Shown: in pieces, positions 16,701 to 23,956 of the stretch
Position numbering within the stretch: the stretch's first letter is position 1
How the letters are laid out: every line of letters starts with the position of its first letter
NCBI RefSeq assembly: GCF_000009705.1
Contig: NC_003276.1
Location: 180,001 to 212,000, forward strand
Reading direction: 5' to 3'
Length of the DNA: 32,000 nt
From: Nostoc sp. PCC 7120 = FACHB-418
GTDB lineage: Bacteria > Cyanobacteriota > Cyanobacteriia > Cyanobacteriales > Nostocaceae
The notes under the pieces: model-generated
What the model was told of the DNA's origin: nothing
Seen by the model: only the letters and a program-made list of their open reading frames with translations
Databases searched by the model: none
Made by a program: the position numbers and the translations under genes

Positions 16701-18563
16701 GAATAATTCTTGATAGTGAGATGACACCTTATCTAAATATTCAGACTTCTGTTCTGGTGTCCCATAAGTTTTTAAGATTTCAATTTCTGATTCTAGGGCT
16801 TCCAGTGCGGTAACTTGATTATTAATTACCCCAACACTGATACTATCGCTCATGTGGATAGCTATTTCTTCAAAGGGTGGTTGTGTGCCATCGGGTAGAT
16901 AAAACGATTGTTTTTTCAGTTTGACTGTGGGAGCATAAGCATTTTCAACTTGGTTCTTGTACTCGGCTTCTGCCGTAAAATTAGGGTATAAGCTTGCTAG
17001 GGCTACACCAATACAGTCACCGTCAAAGTCTCTACCCTGGCGTTCTGACTCGGTTTCTAATGGGTCTAATTCGTCGGTATCTATTCCTTGCGCTTCCAGA
17101 GTAGCAATTCTAGCCTTGATGCGAGAGTGGTCTTCATCATTTACGACAATAACACCTTTTAAATTCGCACCGTCTGGTGCAAGTCTATCTTTAACAAGTT
17201 TATTAGCTGAAACGCACAAACCGTTAGAATTGAGAAAAGGTGAACGGAAGTTTAAAACTTTTTCCCCATCATCTAACCAAGGTACGCATATTTCACCGTT
17301 TTTCAGTTCCTTTGATGGGATTATCATCCCTCGGTCAAATGTTAAAGTGCGCCCGATTGCAATATCTTTCCATTCATTCTGTACAAATCGACTCAGTTCC
17401 TTCCTTACTTTCTCAGTTTCTAAAAGCTGATTATGTCCTCCAATTAAGTCAGCTTTAATAATTCTGTACATTAACAAATCTTCTTTCGGAGATTCGTCAA
17501 GTTCATCGCTTACTTCAAATTCTTCTGATTCTTTATTCCGGGTTAGTAGTTCTAATTGTTTTGCTAATTTTCCATCAGTATTTTGTTCAGTAATTTGTTG
17601 CTGTATAGCAGCTTTTTGTTCCTCAGTGAAAGCCTTACGTTTTTCATACTTTTCACAGTAAAGTTCTGCTACTTTCCTGGGGTCTGACTGCATTTCGGCT
17701 AATTTCAGGGCTTGTGCCTCTAGTTCCTCAGCGAAGTCCTTAATCCCTTGAGTAAATGAGGCTAATAACTGAGATATCGCTGTTTTACCGCGCTCGGATT
17801 GAGACTTTTCGCCTAGCCATATTTTTTGTTTGTATAACCCTGGTCGGATCTGTGGCTTGCTTGCTCCATCAGGGCGATCCTTATCTGTGCCTTTGAAGCT
17901 GGATAGAGGGAGGATTAAATCTATTTTGGGTTCATTATTTGGGTTGGCATATTCTATTTTATCTAATCTATAGGGTCGTAGTGTCCCTTTCCCAAACCTG
18001 TATTTAGTATCTGTTCCATCAGCATCTTTCCATCCAAAGCGATGCTGAATCACATGATAACTTTTATCTGGTTGTTCTTCGTGTTTAGTTAACTTTTCAT
18101 AAAGTTGGGTTGATATTTGTCCATAGCAATCTCCCACCATTTTATAGGCTAAATCATTTGATAATATATTTCCATTATCACCATTAGAATCATCAACAAT
18201 TAAAATATTTAATTGTTGATGAATTGAATTTTTACAACCACCTAGAAAGATGGAGCCGTAAGCTCCTCTGTCTTTCCTATCAGGGCATAATTTATCAATT
18301 ATTTCCAGGCATTCAGGTGAACCATATAGTAATCTAGTTTTGGATGATAATAACAATATATGTCCATCTGGGTGATTTTTTAAATCTTCTGGTGTACTAT
18401 GTTCATCTATATGTCCAAAAGAGAATTGTTTATCTGGAAAGTAAAACTCTAGTAGAGTATTATCTAATTTTTCAGTTAAAATTGAGTCAGGATTCTTATT
18501 ATCTCCGTCAGTATGAATCCATTGGTTTAGTCTGGTATCAAAATGCTTAAACTCAAGAGACAT
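13773..18563 (-). CDS. Giant single-chain double-psi beta-barrel polymerase, eukaryotic-RdRP / YonO-like (1596 aa)
   Basis: Uninterrupted 4.8-kb ORF with ATG start. It has colinear motifs GDCYGQIS (aa 144-151), VIQHRF..YRFGKGTL (171-195), LNFRSPFLNSNGL (437-449) and GRDFDGD (510-516; GAC TTT GAC GGT GAC at 17016-17030 on the minus strand). The C-terminal ~1000 aa are unassigned and include a tandem domain duplication. Coding status is near-certain; the function is inferred from motifs. Confidence 0.65.
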   Translation of the reverse strand: MSLEFKHFDTRLNQWIHTDGDNKNPDSILTEKLDNTLLEFYFPDKQFSFGHIDEHSTPEDLKNHPDGHILLLSSKTRLLYGSPECLEIIDKLCPDRKDRGAYGSIFLGGCKNSIHQQLNILIVDDSNGDNGNILSNDLAYKMVGDCYGQISTQLYEKLTKHEEQPDKSYHVIQHRFGWKDADGTDTKYRFGKGTLRPYRLDKIEYANPNNEPKIDLILPLSSFKGTDKDRPDGASKPQIRPGLYKQKIWLGEKSQSERGKTAISQLLASFTQGIKDFAEELEAQALKLAEMQSDPRKVAELYCEKYEKRKAFTEEQKAAIQQQITEQNTDGKLAKQLELLTRNKESEEFEVSDELDESPKEDLLMYRIIKADLIGGHNQLLETEKVRKELSRFVQNEWKDIAIGRTLTFDRGMIIPSKELKNGEICVPWLDDGEKVLNFRSPFLNSNGLCVSANKLVKDRLAPDGANLKGVIVVNDEDHSRIKARIATLEAQGIDTDELDPLETESERQGRDFDGDCIGVALASLYPNFTAEAEYKNQVENAYAPTVKLKKQSFYLPDGTQPPFEEIAIHMSDSISVGVINNQVTALEALESEIEILKTYGTPEQKSEYLDKVSSHYQELFSQENQERPKPIRQEYKSYMEDFVALAQTERAPQIILQAMKVNRQMYRKMIEEGCFQNQIAVDLFKSSKTPEMGLIKENNRYLYRDVNYIKDKKLKTIYLDEGIKTKGYSPVELLIIQTNKYFQQSQLESRPIVQFQDLFKGVEFTSQQRLEAIATKFEYDRLFNAAVRIDIKRETEQGPSAVIQTSQGTQIEVTNLTRYGHPGIWKAHTINLKLETIDSDPSKERPHKLLARAQIDNELTDDGKPLYRKLGTVSQQSVADYNLKPGMATNNALLVELKPELSRSQTKLMFDKANQYAQKFRESIPSEQRLGAAAAAWSVGAARQDELERKNDGEEENKQSQTAIQKKIPNFVFAAFGEEIVSRLRQLQFDEMTLGTLGSEANNFKDKVWHPDEKYPIEIRASHHPRGHERHASRLVFVQDTNGEYKEYASLEPRTGQLPIGTQALANIIPGETYTANATIAVPGKPEVNFTIREIGKFAYAGQTFNAESVKLEIGTKSVPSQTVKIKLDGKTLGELDADSIKQLQPFNLVKDGQPFNLKLKTISDKENLGFVLAESPNGNLLRINNIGQYDYKGQTFNDENYRKLTLEVSQTQVKDAVFLNGQPLGVLFFKKDKEALKELGALQPGKLTQVQATLQSNFSTTVLKVDPESIKYPKSWTKESQAFGTQALNQEQQLLLEKTAPILQKIKERPTILFASPEDKMLGITRMAVDNHKVATVCQWLQQKNVAIAQILPDEVPLETKKGLAVFNLVNSSIPESVSAAMTKKFGAVIESQQEYQDMVRSLPNRPQSLQPSQPSIVNQIASNREPTVNNQVVDSQQKTSPNPPVTIEDLRNWYDNAHNLGKPDEYKKRIVEIGNAFKAGQALSDKAYAAMQQDKQDLHNISRLTEMAQRIGMVWGQPAQDGFTVVRGKVYDLAYNGDRKDLVIAQKDGDVLLKVETGKITVNKITPQLLETFENANTKVEAILNKRDVEMQH

Positions 18564-18602
18564 ATTTTTATTTAAGTATTCAAAAATTTTCAGGAGTTTA
18601 AT

Positions 18603-19139
18603 ATGTCAGGAACAAGAATTAAACGTTGGCTAAATATGCACGGCAAAGAATTTAATCCAGATGGAACAATAAAGGATGAGGTTAGACAGCAAAAAATATC
18701 TCAAGGGAGAAATCCCGCCGCAGTTGATAGTTATGCTCAAAGATTGAAAGAAGAATTTGACGAATGGAAAAGGTTGGACGAAACAGATCCCGAACCCTGG
18801 CCCATCTTCACCGCCTACGATTTCTTTACCCCCACAGAAAAACAACAGTTCAACCCAGATGGCTCTCTCAAGCCCGAATATAGGGAGTCTGAACTGGCAC
18901 GAGGAACTAGCGAAAGTTGGTTAGATGAAATGGAGCGACGTAAAAAGCTGGAGGTTGATAGCTACAACAAGGTATCTGCAAGAGATGCCGAAATAGGGAT
19001 CAATTTTGGCGAACAGGAAATGAACCGATTACTTGCAACGAGCCTCACATATTTAGAACGCCACAAACAGATGGAAATCGACTTGCGAAACTGTGAAGAA
19101 CCAAGCTCACTACCTTTCGACAAAGATACGCCTTGGTAG
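18603..19139 (+). CDS. Hypothetical charged protein with internal FNPDG(T/S)(I/L)K..R duplication (178 aa)
   Basis: ATG preceded by AGGAG (caggagtttaatATG). It is divergent from the giant ORF with only a 39-nt spacer. No family recognised. Confidence 0.6.
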   Translation: MSGTRIKRWLNMHGKEFNPDGTIKDEVRQQKISQGRNPAAVDSYAQRLKEEFDEWKRLDETDPEPWPIFTAYDFFTPTEKQQFNPDGSLKPEYRESELARGTSESWLDEMERRKKLEVDSYNKVSARDAEIGINFGEQEMNRLLATSLTYLERHKQMEIDLRNCEEPSSLPFDKDTPW

Positions 19140-19164
19140 CTCATCCACACATATTTTATGCAAG

Positions 19165-19203
19165 CTGAAAGTGTTATTTTCCCAATACTTTCAGCATTTT
19201 TAA
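19165..19203. terminator. Bidirectional terminator hairpin GCTGAAAGT-(14)-ACTTTCAGC plus ATTTTTA
   Basis: A 9-bp perfect stem followed by a T-rich tail on the + strand. It lies between convergent genes 18603..19139 (+) and 19217..19621 (-). Confidence 0.55.
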
Positions 19204-19216
19204 TATTCATGTATTT

Positions 19217-19621
19217 TTAAGGAGCCTGCCGTTCAATAGCAGGCGGGTTCACCAGGGGCGTTGGCGATGAGCTTCGCTCCACCATAGGTGAACGCACAAC
19301 GGACTTATTGGAAACGGCGGCGAGGAACGCAAACATCCCCAGAATAGCAAAAGATAAAATAACAACTTGCTGTACAGAGGCAAATACTGACCTTTCTTTT
19401 TCTTTTTGGACAGCAATGCGATTGAGTTTGTCCTGAAGTGTTGAAAAATACAAGTAGTCTAATACTTTCTCACACAAGGTTGGGTCTTCGCCAAGTTGTA
19501 CTTTTTGGCACAGGAGAGTTTCTAACTTCTCTCGCCGGCGATCGCTGGTCAATAAATCGCGCTCATCCCACAGTTTTGCTTGGTTTGTATCTGAAGGTCT
19601 ATCAATATTCAATAAAGTCAT
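19217..19621 (-). CDS. Hypothetical protein with C-terminal TM helix (134 aa from ATG)
   Basis: The ORF track starts at TTG 19681. The ATG at 19621 has GAGG 8 nt upstream. The hydrophobic segment is VVILSFAILGMFAFLAAV. It is the last gene of the same-strand string headed by the AIPR gene. Confidence 0.5.
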   Translation of the reverse strand: MTLLNIDRPSDTNQAKLWDERDLLTSDRRREKLETLLCQKVQLGEDPTLCEKVLDYLYFSTLQDKLNRIAVQKEKERSVFASVQQVVILSFAILGMFAFLAAVSNKSVVRSPMVERSSSPTPLVNPPAIERQAP

Positions 19622-19835
19622 AATTATCGCCTCATTTAATTGTTGAGTTAGTTGAGAGAACAGGTGTAATTGATTTCTCAACTACACCAACTTCTGGAAA
19701 ATCTACCTAACTCAAGAAGTTTAAATGTGCTTTCAAAAAAGAACTAGCAACTTTGGTACTGAAAAAATCGGTACTGGAGTTGCTAGTAAAATCAGCGAGT
19801 TTATGCTATTGAGAACTGGGGAAAGGAGAAGGATT

Positions 19836-20240
19836 TTAAATCTCCCATTCCAAGTCAGGTTCTTGAGATTGGGATGGAGATACAACCTGTGTCTTGGGTG
19901 TATCTGGCTCCAGAGGATTTGTGCCGTCCTGAAAGATTTCCTGAGCCAAAGTCCGCCCATCACCATCAATATCACTGGCTAAAAAATACTCCAGAACCTG
20001 CGGTGGCGCACCAGAAACAGCCGCTTGTGCCAGCAAAGATTTGACAAATTGAGGGGATGCCTCACTATCTGCCAGTATCTTCAAGGTCTGTTCGGCATCA
20101 GAGACAGTCATTTTGGAAATGTCTTTAACTCCGGCTTCGTCCCAAACATCCCCAAAATACTGTCGATATTGCTGATTGAAGTCTTGCTCTTGGGCAAATC
20201 TTGCTAATTCTTGTACCTGCAATTGGGTCGTTTCGGTCAT
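19836..20240 (-). CDS. Hypothetical acidic protein with an EF-hand-like DxDxDG loop (134 aa)
   Basis: The ATG lies 1 nt after the stop of the upstream AIPR gene, suggesting translational coupling. DIDGDGRTLAQE (aa 90-101, nt 19938-19973) fits the 12-residue EF-hand loop at positions 1, 3, 5, 6 and 12. Confidence 0.6.
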   Translation of the reverse strand: MTETTQLQVQELARFAQEQDFNQQYRQYFGDVWDEAGVKDISKMTVSDAEQTLKILADSEASPQFVKSLLAQAAVSGAPPQVLEYFLASDIDGDGRTLAQEIFQDGTNPLEPDTPKTQVVSPSQSQEPDLEWEI

Positions 20241-20241
20241 A

Positions 20242-21444
20242 TTAATTTGCTAATGTTAATTGTTCGCGTTTGTTGTTTGAGTCAACCATTTTGAGTAACT
20301 GTTGATTCAGGTAACTCTGAGCCGAAACGTAGAGGTTATCCCAAATAACTGGGTTACGACAGATTTTGCTACCAACAGTATTGAGAGCCAGTTTCTCTGA
20401 CACCAAATATTTACGGTAGTAGTTATTCCACAAATGTTGTAGAAAATCCTCCGCGAAATCATCAAAAGGGATAATCCAGTTGTACTGTTCATCCAAAAAC
20501 ACCCGGTAGGCAGCAACAATGGGCATAGCAATATCAGCCGGCGCACTAAAACCGAACGAATATCTGCTATCGGGCAATAGTGTATTCTTGCGTGGGTCAA
20601 TTGAGGCGAGGTCAACTACTCCCTTTCTTTTAGGCTTGGTGATATGCTCCTCGATTACCTGAAATAGTCGTTGCTCAATCCATAACCCCTTGGACAATAA
20701 CGGTAATAGTTTCGACAGCCGTTGTCTTTCAGCCTCGCTCAATGACGGCGTATTGCTAACAGGTGGGTGTTTGGTTCTGCTTTTAGAGTCTGGATTGTAT
20801 TTATTCCTATCCAAACAATTCATTAATTTGATGAGATGGTTGACGTTACACTGTGGACTCTTGGGCGCACCGCTTTGGTTCTGGTAGTATGCAACTCTGA
20901 ACTTTGTTTTTTGCTCACGTTCTAGTTGTGCTAAGAACTGCTTGAGGAATTTATAGTCACCCTTGGCATTTACTTTTGAACGGGCATCCACTGGGGCAGA
21001 TGTATTTGATGCCAAGGCTATATCCTTAGCCTCATCTTCAGTTAAACCAATATGAATTGTGACTTTGACTCTAGCTTCGGTTAGGTCATATTTATAATTT
21101 CTTGCTTGCTCAAAAGCTAAAACTGTATGCCCACCATTAATGATGCCATCACTACCACCCTCATTAGCTTCTAATACCTCTAACTCTAGCTGTGTCTTTT
21201 TGCTGTTGGGTTTGACTTTATTGGCACACAATACGATACCACTATGACGCTCAAAGAATTTTTCTGGTTGAGTCGTCACCGAGTCAAATATTTGTCTGTA
21301 TGTTGCACTTTTCTTGTTCGGCTCACGAATATTCGGCTCTAGGGGTAGGTCGGCTGGAAATGTGTCTACATGAGCAGTAGCAATAATACAGTTAGGATTT
21401 GCATTGAAATACTGGTCTACTATTAAAGTCCAATTCTTGGGCAT
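20242..21444 (-). CDS. AIPR-family (abortive infection phage resistance-like) protein (400 aa)
   Basis: NIREPNKKSATYRQIFDSVTTQPEKFFERHSGIVL....GSDGIINGGHTVLA follows the AIPR N-terminal pattern (N.R....I..T....PE.F...N.GI.....IVNG.QT). GIINGGHT was verified at nt 21124-21147. It is shorter than many AIPR proteins. Confidence 0.6.
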   Translation of the reverse strand: MPKNWTLIVDQYFNANPNCIIATAHVDTFPADLPLEPNIREPNKKSATYRQIFDSVTTQPEKFFERHSGIVLCANKVKPNSKKTQLELEVLEANEGGSDGIINGGHTVLAFEQARNYKYDLTEARVKVTIHIGLTEDEAKDIALASNTSAPVDARSKVNAKGDYKFLKQFLAQLEREQKTKFRVAYYQNQSGAPKSPQCNVNHLIKLMNCLDRNKYNPDSKSRTKHPPVSNTPSLSEAERQRLSKLLPLLSKGLWIEQRLFQVIEEHITKPKRKGVVDLASIDPRKNTLLPDSRYSFGFSAPADIAMPIVAAYRVFLDEQYNWIIPFDDFAEDFLQHLWNNYYRKYLVSEKLALNTVGSKICRNPVIWDNLYVSAQSYLNQQLLKMVDSNNKREQLTLAN

Positions 21445-21747
21445 CTTCTTCCTTGATTGACAATAAAAATTGTTGGTTTGCTAATCATAAGGTAGCAATA
21501 ATTACGAAGACATTGATTTGATTATTTTATATTTTTTACTGAAAGATATTTAGAGATTTTTCTGAGAAAATTACTAAATATTGTGAAATAATTCAATTAT
21601 TAATCAATAAATTATATCTCTCAAATAGTTATTTAAAATCTTGATTAATATTTGCATCAAAAACAGCTATTTTGCCATTATCTCGTAGTACAATAGTTCT
21701 AGTAAACGGTGGAATCGTCTACTGCCAAAAGTCAAAACACACCAATT

Positions 21748-21769
21748 GCTTCTGGAATATTCCAGAAGC
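21748..21769 (-). terminator. Perfect 22-nt palindrome GCTTCTGGAATATTCCAGAAGC, 10 nt downstream of the ABC transporter stop
   Basis: An 11-bp self-complementary stem. T5 flanks it on the + side and GTGTGTTTTGAC follows it on the - strand transcript. Confidence 0.55.
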
Positions 21770-21778
21770 TTTTTGTCG

Positions 21779-23626
21779 CTAACCTCTAAAAAGCAGAATC
21801 ATAAATAATATCGATATCATGACCCCGATTAAATAAATTAGATTCCAATTATTTCGGGATACATCAGTGTATATAAGCCGTTCATAACCATCTAGAATGC
21901 TTTGAATCAACAGATTGGCTTTTAATAAATCATTATTCAGTGACGAGGTTCTTTTTATCTTCCCTAGACCGGGAAATTCGCACTTGGTAAACACATTTTT
22001 GTTGTAACAGTTACATTGGGCTATCAATGCAGTTGGTAATGTTTTCCTTTGGCTTTCAGACTTCTGCCAACAGAAATCATCAGCTATGTCTGCCCCCATT
22101 TTTGATAGAAATACTAAATTTTCAAATGAGTATTTGGAAAGCATTAATTGGCTAAAAGCCTTGGCATCGGGATTACTATTGAGGTTCTCGGTTGGTTGTA
22201 TTCCACCGCCAAAGACGATTTGAAAAACTAACAAGACCAGTATTATTAAGGGGGCTACACTTTGATTGGGAGCAACGGCACTTACAATCAAACCCAACAC
22301 CATACTACCAAAGGATGCCAGAAACAAGGTCAAGTACATTGCTGCTGTATTAGTATCCGCGCCAGGAACATCAACTGCACCCAGCATTAGATAAAATAGC
22401 ACCGCCGATTGGTATAAAGCGAGTACCCAAGCTAGAAGCAGCTTAGATATCAGATAAGGTGCTAGTCCCAAGCCGACGCTTCTTTCTCTTTTGTAGATTG
22501 GTCTTTCCTTTGCTATCTCCGGCATCATTGCCAGTGAACCAGACATTATTGCCATCACCACCACAACAAACAGCATAGAGATGGATTGCCCTGCATTCCC
22601 AGTTTTGGTACTGAACAGGTCGGATTTCCACAGTACAAAATTGAGTGACCCCAGAATGGGCGCTCCCAACAGCATTAATGCCAAGCTCAACTTATTTTTG
22701 AGCAGAATAGACAGATTACGCTGGCACAACACCACCAGTTGTTCTCTCAAATTAGGTTTATCTGCTGTAGGTGCTTGCTTCTGTTGCGGTAGCGATTGCA
22801 GGCGCTCGCTCACAAACTTTTTGTAGTAGCCCGATGATTTAAACCGTTCTTCCCATTGTGCCGGGGAGAGTTGATGTTCTACTTTATGATAGATTGCATC
22901 AAAATCTTGTACCCCGAAATAGTCTAATGCCAACTTGGGCGGCCCCACGTATGCCAGTCGTCCACCTTTGGCAAGGAAAACTACTTGATCGGCGATCCCT
23001 ACATTCTTAGTTGCATGAGTAATTAAGACTACGGTACTGGCCTGATCACAAAAAGAACGCAACAACGACATGATTTGTAATTCTGTTCCTGGGTCTAGTC
23101 CAGATGTCGCCTCATCTAGAAAAAACAAACTGGGGCTGCTGATGAGTTCCACTCCTATGCTGACTCGTTTACGTTGTCCTCCACTGAGTTGCTTAACTGG
23201 GACATTCTTTCGCTCCACCAGATGCAAACGTTGTAGTATTGCTTCTACCCATTGCTGCTGTTCGCTAATTGATAGAAAGGGTACTCGAAGCTGGGCAGCA
23301 AACATGAATGCTTCCCAGACAGTCAAGTCAAGATGGACTATATCATCCTGGGGAACATAACCGATGAGGTTCTTGAATGCGTGATAGTTCTTGTACAGGT
23401 CAACCCCATCAATTAATACTTTCCCCCTGGCTTTTCGTTGCCCATTGAGTGCATCAATCAATGTAGATTTTCCGCCACCACTCACCCCAGCGATGACAAT
23501 AAACTCGTTCGGCAAGAACGACAGCGAGATTTCGTTAAGTAACGTTGTTGAGGCAAGTATAGGGTGGCTATATTTTCGCAAGTCGATGGCATCTAATCTT
23601 AGTCCGGCTCTTCGCCTGGTTAACAT
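21779..23626 (-). CDS. ABC transporter, fused ATP-binding domain + ABC-2 type permease (ABCG-like half transporter, 615 aa)
   Basis: Walker A GVSGGGKST, signature LSGGQRKRVSIG, Walker B LFFLDEATSGLD and H-loop LITHA, followed by ~6 hydrophobic segments. A Cys-containing loop (DFCWQ..QCNCYNKNVFTKCEF) precedes the last TM. Confidence 0.9.
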   Translation of the reverse strand: MLTRRRAGLRLDAIDLRKYSHPILASTTLLNEISLSFLPNEFIVIAGVSGGGKSTLIDALNGQRKARGKVLIDGVDLYKNYHAFKNLIGYVPQDDIVHLDLTVWEAFMFAAQLRVPFLSISEQQQWVEAILQRLHLVERKNVPVKQLSGGQRKRVSIGVELISSPSLFFLDEATSGLDPGTELQIMSLLRSFCDQASTVVLITHATKNVGIADQVVFLAKGGRLAYVGPPKLALDYFGVQDFDAIYHKVEHQLSPAQWEERFKSSGYYKKFVSERLQSLPQQKQAPTADKPNLREQLVVLCQRNLSILLKNKLSLALMLLGAPILGSLNFVLWKSDLFSTKTGNAGQSISMLFVVVVMAIMSGSLAMMPEIAKERPIYKRERSVGLGLAPYLISKLLLAWVLALYQSAVLFYLMLGAVDVPGADTNTAAMYLTLFLASFGSMVLGLIVSAVAPNQSVAPLIILVLLVFQIVFGGGIQPTENLNSNPDAKAFSQLMLSKYSFENLVFLSKMGADIADDFCWQKSESQRKTLPTALIAQCNCYNKNVFTKCEFPGLGKIKRTSSLNNDLLKANLLIQSILDGYERLIYTDVSRNNWNLIYLIGVMISILFMILLFRG

Positions 23627-23670
23627 ACTGTGTGGTAAAAGGATTGTGAATTATTAGATTAAATATAGAT

Positions 23671-23701
23671 ATTAAATCTCCATAAGTTTAGGAGATTTAA
23701 T
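23671..23701. promoter_or_regulatory. 11-bp inverted repeat ATTAAATCTCC-(9)-GGAGATTTAAT just upstream of the ABC transporter start
   Basis: Read directly; 45-75 nt upstream of ATG 23626 on the - strand. It could be an operator or a 5' UTR hairpin (inferred). Confidence 0.3.
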
Positions 23702-23881
23702 CTTGTTATTTTCACACTGGGCAGATAATACAGCAATTAGCTATATAAATCATCTACCGCTATGAAAATTCATTGAACTGATAGAGTTAGCGACAATGCT
23801 CCGCCATGCTGTAGGGCGATTTCACTGGTGAGTTTATCAATACCTTTATGCAGCATAACCCTTACAGGCAAACAATTTGGG

Positions 23882-23910
23882 GATGTTAGACAGAGATTCT
23901 GTCTAACATC
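23882..23910 (-). terminator. 13-bp perfect hairpin GATGTTAGACAGA-gat-TCTGTCTAACATC downstream of the ParM-like gene
   Basis: Begins ~47 nt past stop 23957 on the - strand. There is no U-tract, so the assignment is tentative. Confidence 0.4.
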
Positions 23911-23956
23911 AGCAACATCTTAAACAAGAGTTTTTACTCAATTGCCAGCCAAGAGT

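Noticed and set aside
15572-18550. Several + strand ORFs (68-157 aa) inside the 1596-aa gene, plus the nested - strand ORF 13928..14131
   Set aside because: All lie entirely within the long uninterrupted minus-strand ORF. No family motifs are present, and they have typical antisense or off-frame composition.
20307-20615. 102-aa ORF nested in the AIPR gene on the same strand in another frame
   Set aside because: It lies entirely inside a gene with recognisable family motifs in the main frame.
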